This document shows positions 59,625 to 64,000 of a stretch of 64,000 bases of DNA, piece by piece. Both the position numbers and the translations under genes were made by a program. The notes beneath the pieces were generated by a model. That model was not told where the DNA came from, ran no database searches, and was given only the letters and a program-made list of their open reading frames with translations. Position 1 is the first letter of the stretch, and every line of letters starts with the position of its first letter. Source of the DNA: a virus (taxonomy: Duplodnaviria > Caudoviricetes); IMG/VR virus record IMGVR_UViG_3300031994_000097, positions 1,407 to 65,406 of that record; one strand, 5' to 3'.

Positions 59625-62600
59625 ATGGATGTCATTTCTTATGCGCTTTCCAGAAAATATACAAATGATACAGTCATAGGACTTGGAGCTATTAAAGGCT
59701 CGAATTGTAGCATCACATCTATCGTGGATAACTCAGATGGTACACATGATATTACTTTCTCATGGAAAGACACATCAGACGTTACACATACTAGTGTATT
59801 AACTGTATCTGATGGTGAAACACCAACTTTCTCATCAACAGTTATTACAGGTGGTCATAGAATCACATTTACCACTGATAATCCATCTCAAACAGTATCA
59901 TTCGATGTAATGGATGGTAGTAAAGGCGATTCGGGAATATCTGTAGTATCATCAAACGTTGATGATAACAATAATCTTACATTTACATTATCAAATGGTA
60001 ATGTAATTAGTGCAGGAAAAATCAATGCAGTTACTATAGTTGATACTGCATTATCTACTTCAAGTTCTAATCCCGTTGAAAACAAAGTTATCACAAATGC
60101 CTTAAATAATAAGGTTGATAAAGAAAGTGGGAAAGGTTTATCTACAGAGGATTTTACAACCGCTGAAAAGGATAAATTATCAAACATTGAAGATAATGCA
60201 CAAGTTAACGTAATCGAAAAATTGATAATAAACGGCACAGAAGCAACAGTAACAGATAAAGCTGTTGCGCTTACTCTAATCACATCTGCCGTAAGTAATT
60301 TACAGAATTATTACTTAAAAAGTGAAACATATACAAAAACAGAAGTAGAAGATTTAATCGGTTCGACTGTTGGTGTTACTATTGAAATCGTAGAAGAACT
60401 ACCAACAGAAGGACAGTCTAATGTTATTTATTTCTTACCAACAGAAACTACAGACGTATATAGCCAATATCTCTATACTGCTAATGGTTGGGTTTTGATT
60501 GGTTCAACTACTGTTGACTTATCAAATTATTATACTAAAACACAAGTAGATACATTATTAGCCGCAAAACAGAATACATTGACAATAGATAGTTTCCCTA
60601 CATCTTTGTCGAATAATCCTGTAGCTAGTGGTGGTGTATATACAGCTATTGCTCAGATGCAGTCGCAATTTCAGTATAGTAATATGCCTACAGCTAGTGC
60701 GGATAATCTAGGTTATGTATATCAGTACATTGGAACAACAGGTACTTATACTCAGAATATGTTTTATCGCTGTATTTACGATGATACCCTTGGAGAATAT
60801 CAGTGGAAAGAAGTAATTTTCAATGCCACAGTAACAGTAGATAGTGCAATTGATAGTACAAGTGAAAATCCTGTACAGAACAAAGTTATTAAATCAGCAT
60901 TGGATGAAAAGCAAGATATTATTCAATATTCAACAATGCCAAGTGCGCAAGATAACTTAGGTAAAATTGTGCAGTATAATGGAACTACTACTAGTACATA
61001 TACAAACGGATATTTCTATAAAGCTGTGTATGACTCAGAGAATGATTTATATTATTGGAAACAGATTGAGTTTTCAGAAGATATTTTAATAGATAGCGCA
61101 CTTAGCGATAGTAGTGAAAATCCTGTACAGAATAAGGTTATTACTAATGCGATTACTGAAATCACAGATGTAATCCCTTCTGATGCTTCTAGCACAAACC
61201 AACTCGTAGACAGAGATAGTTTAGGTACTGCAAGTCAAAAGAATGTTACACCTTATGTATCTCCCGATAATACAGATGTGCCTATTTCATCTAGTGTTTA
61301 TAGTGCAATTACAAGTGCTGTATATGGTGCATATCATCCAAGTGGAAGTAAAACTATTGCTGAATTAACATCAGATTTATTGGTACTTGCTAATATTGGT
61401 AATGTATATAAAATTACAGAAGATGGTGTAACTACTAATTTATTTATTGGCGGTGCGGGTCAAACAATCCATACGGGTGATAATGCAGTTGTTGTATATG
61501 GTGGTCAACCTAATACTTTCTTATTTGACTTACAAAGTGGTAGTATTGATTTAACACCTTATCAAACTAAAGCATTAGAAAGTGCTGTTGAGGGTGAAAC
61601 TACTGTAGAAGATGCTTTAAGTGCATTGAGTACAAATAGTCAAGCGGAAATTGCAACAAGGGCAAAGGTTAGCGGTCATAATATCGGTAAAATAACAAAG
61701 CCATCACAAACAGGTTTAACAGGTTTGGATTTTACTGTTAATTTAGATGGTTCTATAACAGTTAATGGAACATCAACAGCTGCTTGGTCATTTATAATGA
61801 ATGATTCAATGCTATTAAAGGCAGGTAGTTATATACTTTCAAGTGGTATTGGTGCAAATCCTAATTTGTATGCTCAGATTACAAATGAAAGTCAATCTAC
61901 AAATATTGCAAATACAGCGAACAGCGCAGAAAAAACATTTACGTTAAATGTTGATACAATAGTGGTTTATAGGATTTTCTATCTATCTGGTCAGACATTT
62001 GATAATGTTATTGTTAAGCCAATGATTCGTCTTGCAACAGATAAAAGCGCTGATTACGAACCTTACTCTATGACAAACCAAGAAATAACTCCATATGTTC
62101 AAGCTATTAGTAATCCTAACCTACTTGATAACCCTTGGTTTACAGTAAATCAGAGGGGGCAGAGCAGTTATACAAATCCAAGTGTCGGAACTCATGTAGT
62201 AGATAGATGGGCAGTTAGATACAATCCGAGTAGTGGAGATGTTGCTGTTGCCAATAATATTGTAACACTTACAAGTAATGGTGGATTCCTTATTATTGGT
62301 GAGAGATTTGAAGAGAATGTAGGCTTTAGCGGAAAAACAATGACCGCATCAATTATGCTTTCAGATGGTACTATTTACAATGGTACAGATGTTTTCCCTA
62401 GTAAAAACGGTGCTGATAAGATAGTTATAGACACAGATGATTTTAGTGTTTATTTCCAATATAGCTCTGCATCTGGTAACTATCCAATGTTAGGAATTAC
62501 TTGTAAGGTTAATAAGACATTGGCAATCAAAGCAGTCAAACTTGAACTTGGTTCAGTATCAACTCTTGCACAAGACACAGCTCCAAATTATCAGCAGGAG

Positions 62601-62933
62601 CTTGCTAAATGTCAGAGATATTTTGTTCGTTTCTTTGGAACTAGTAGTGTAGGAACTGGATTTGCGCAAACTTCCACTACAGCATGGATAACAACCGTAT
62701 TACCTGTACCAATGAGAACACAACCGACATTAACTTTAACAGGTACAATAAGAATACAACACGCTAATGGAATAGGTGATGCGGGTCCAGCAGTTACCGC
62801 ACTCTCAATTAATACTATTAATAGCATACACGTTAAATTAGACTGTACTTCAAGTGGATTAGTTGCAGGAGAGGGTTGTGAATTAAATGTAAGAAATAGT
62901 ACTTCATATTTAGATTTTTCAGCCGACCTATAA
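59625..62933 (+). CDS. long modular tail fibre/appendage protein
   Basis: Repeated DSA...SENPVQNKVI, KGLSTEDFT, YYTKT modules; NLLDNP, KLELGSVST, ELAKCQRYF. Confidence 0.75.
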   Translation: MDVISYALSRKYTNDTVIGLGAIKGSNCSITSIVDNSDGTHDITFSWKDTSDVTHTSVLTVSDGETPTFSSTVITGGHRITFTTDNPSQTVSFDVMDGSKGDSGISVVSSNVDDNNNLTFTLSNGNVISAGKINAVTIVDTALSTSSSNPVENKVITNALNNKVDKESGKGLSTEDFTTAEKDKLSNIEDNAQVNVIEKLIINGTEATVTDKAVALTLITSAVSNLQNYYLKSETYTKTEVEDLIGSTVGVTIEIVEELPTEGQSNVIYFLPTETTDVYSQYLYTANGWVLIGSTTVDLSNYYTKTQVDTLLAAKQNTLTIDSFPTSLSNNPVASGGVYTAIAQMQSQFQYSNMPTASADNLGYVYQYIGTTGTYTQNMFYRCIYDDTLGEYQWKEVIFNATVTVDSAIDSTSENPVQNKVIKSALDEKQDIIQYSTMPSAQDNLGKIVQYNGTTTSTYTNGYFYKAVYDSENDLYYWKQIEFSEDILIDSALSDSSENPVQNKVITNAITEITDVIPSDASSTNQLVDRDSLGTASQKNVTPYVSPDNTDVPISSSVYSAITSAVYGAYHPSGSKTIAELTSDLLVLANIGNVYKITEDGVTTNLFIGGAGQTIHTGDNAVVVYGGQPNTFLFDLQSGSIDLTPYQTKALESAVEGETTVEDALSALSTNSQAEIATRAKVSGHNIGKITKPSQTGLTGLDFTVNLDGSITVNGTSTAAWSFIMNDSMLLKAGSYILSSGIGANPNLYAQITNESQSTNIANTANSAEKTFTLNVDTIVVYRIFYLSGQTFDNVIVKPMIRLATDKSADYEPYSMTNQEITPYVQAISNPNLLDNPWFTVNQRGQSSYTNPSVGTHVVDRWAVRYNPSSGDVAVANNIVTLTSNGGFLIIGERFEENVGFSGKTMTASIMLSDGTIYNGTDVFPSKNGADKIVIDTDDFSVYFQYSSASGNYPMLGITCKVNKTLAIKAVKLELGSVSTLAQDTAPNYQQELAKCQRYFVRFFGTSSVGTGFAQTSTTAWITTVLPVPMRTQPTLTLTGTIRIQHANGIGDAGPAVTALSINTINSIHVKLDCTSSGLVAGEGCELNVRNSTSYLDFSADL

Positions 62934-62957
62934 AAAATATACACAGAAAGGAAACAG

Positions 62958-63539
62958 ATGGCAAACGTAATTTTTCGTAGGGGTACTACATCTGAATTAG
63001 CCAATATATCTATTACAGATGGTGCTATCCTATTTAATACAGAAACATATAAAATTTACGTAGACAACGGAACTTCTCGTATTCAGTTTGGTGGCGATAC
63101 CGACTTGGTTACAAGTATTTCCGAAGCTAGTAGCACCAATACATTTAGTGGCAGTGCTATTGTAAATTTATTCTTACAGAAAACAAGTTGTATCAATTCC
63201 GCAAGTACAGCCTTGGCAGTTACGCAAGACAACATCCCACTTGGCTGTAAAGCATTTGCAGAAGAAATTGGTAACTCTGATTTTAGTGGTGTAGGTGCTA
63301 GTGTAAGTGCGGCTTTAGTAAATTTGAGTAGTTATGTATCGGCAACTTTGGCAACAGGTGAAACTACTTTAACATTTACTAATAGTAATTTTGGCTCAAC
63401 TACGGGATTTAGAGTACAGACTGATACATGGGGAGTAAACCCTACAAATCTTAGTTTAAGTGGAACGACTTTGACTGTGACATTTGATAAACAAGATGCA
63501 GATGTTGTAGTTAGAGTATTCTATTCTAATATAACATAA
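62958..63539 (+). CDS. fibre-like structural protein
   Basis: IFRRGT..DGAI.FNT.T.KIYV N-terminal motif. Confidence 0.6.
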   Translation: MANVIFRRGTTSELANISITDGAILFNTETYKIYVDNGTSRIQFGGDTDLVTSISEASSTNTFSGSAIVNLFLQKTSCINSASTALAVTQDNIPLGCKAFAEEIGNSDFSGVGASVSAALVNLSSYVSATLATGETTLTFTNSNFGSTTGFRVQTDTWGVNPTNLSLSGTTLTVTFDKQDADVVVRVFYSNIT

Positions 63540-63676
63540 ATTTAAATATATATAGGGAGTGTTTGAAATAAACGCTCCCTATAAATGAATAAAAAAATAG
63601 TACGATTTAGACGTATTAAATAAAACTTTGAAACTTTAATAAAGATTAAAAAATTAAGAAAGAGAGGAAATTTATT

Positions 63677-63982
63677 ATGGCATTTTTTGATTGTCAATCT
63701 GGAGGAACGGACTTTCATACAAGTCTTGTCACTAGGTACGCTAGTCAATCTTTATGGCTTTATAAAACTAATTTAGATGAATACCAAACACTTAGAGTTG
63801 CAAGAGGTTCATCAAGCACTTCCAATTTGATTTTAGAACAATCAAACGGAACAACCCAAACAATATCATCATTCCCTTTTGAAGTAGATATTAGCAGTAT
63901 TACCAATAGAACACATATAGCATTTTATATTCCTAGCAATACAAGTAGTGTTCAAATATATGATATATATCTTTTAAAATAA
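63677..63982 (+). CDS. hypothetical structural protein
   Basis: GAGG RBS. Confidence 0.6.
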   Translation: MAFFDCQSGGTDFHTSLVTRYASQSLWLYKTNLDEYQTLRVARGSSSTSNLILEQSNGTTQTISSFPFEVDISSITNRTHIAFYIPSNTSSVQIYDIYLLK

Positions 63983-64000
63983 GTATCATCAAACCGAACA

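Noticed and set aside
59625-63982. Diversity-generating retroelement target
   Set aside because: No RT and no TR/VR pair seen in window
1-64000. Alternative genetic code
   Set aside because: Conserved genes (nrdD, thyX, capsid) are intact in the standard code; no suppressor tRNA seen

Overview
AT-rich 64-kb segment of a large tailed phage, probably infecting a Firmicutes host (sigma-A-type promoters, AGGAGG RBSs), organised like SPbeta/c-st-type phages. (1) ~0.7-14.2 kb: a regular array of ~20 short, mostly single-gene transcription units. Each core unit is [hairpin terminator]-[16-bp palindrome ATATATTTAAATATAT]-[A/T tract, TTGACA..-10]-[RBS]-[small unknown ORF]. Both ends carry a shared mosaic of non-coding elements: hexamer arrays, ~95-bp imperfect palindromes, a ~300-bp three-copy element, CTTTA-N6-TAAAG boxes and LexA-like boxes. 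Two promoter-driven slots lack ORFs and look like sRNAs. (2) 14.7-35.9 kb, minus strand: many small ORFs plus thyX, a DNA methyltransferase, Gp157, a degenerate FolD-like gene, nrdG/nrdD, tRNA-Gln and an enlarged tRNA-like RNA. (3) 36-37 kb: AT-rich origin-like region with four 22-bp repeats. (4) 37-64 kb, plus strand: YonO-like single-subunit RNA polymerase, a tandem ~124-bp candidate late promoter, HU-like genes, phosphoesterase, PIN-PhoH, terminase split by a group I intron (GIY-YIG nuclease, apparently non-canonical 5' junction), portal, protease/scaffold, capsid, neck, tail tube and fibre genes. All calls are from motif recognition by eye; no database searches were run.
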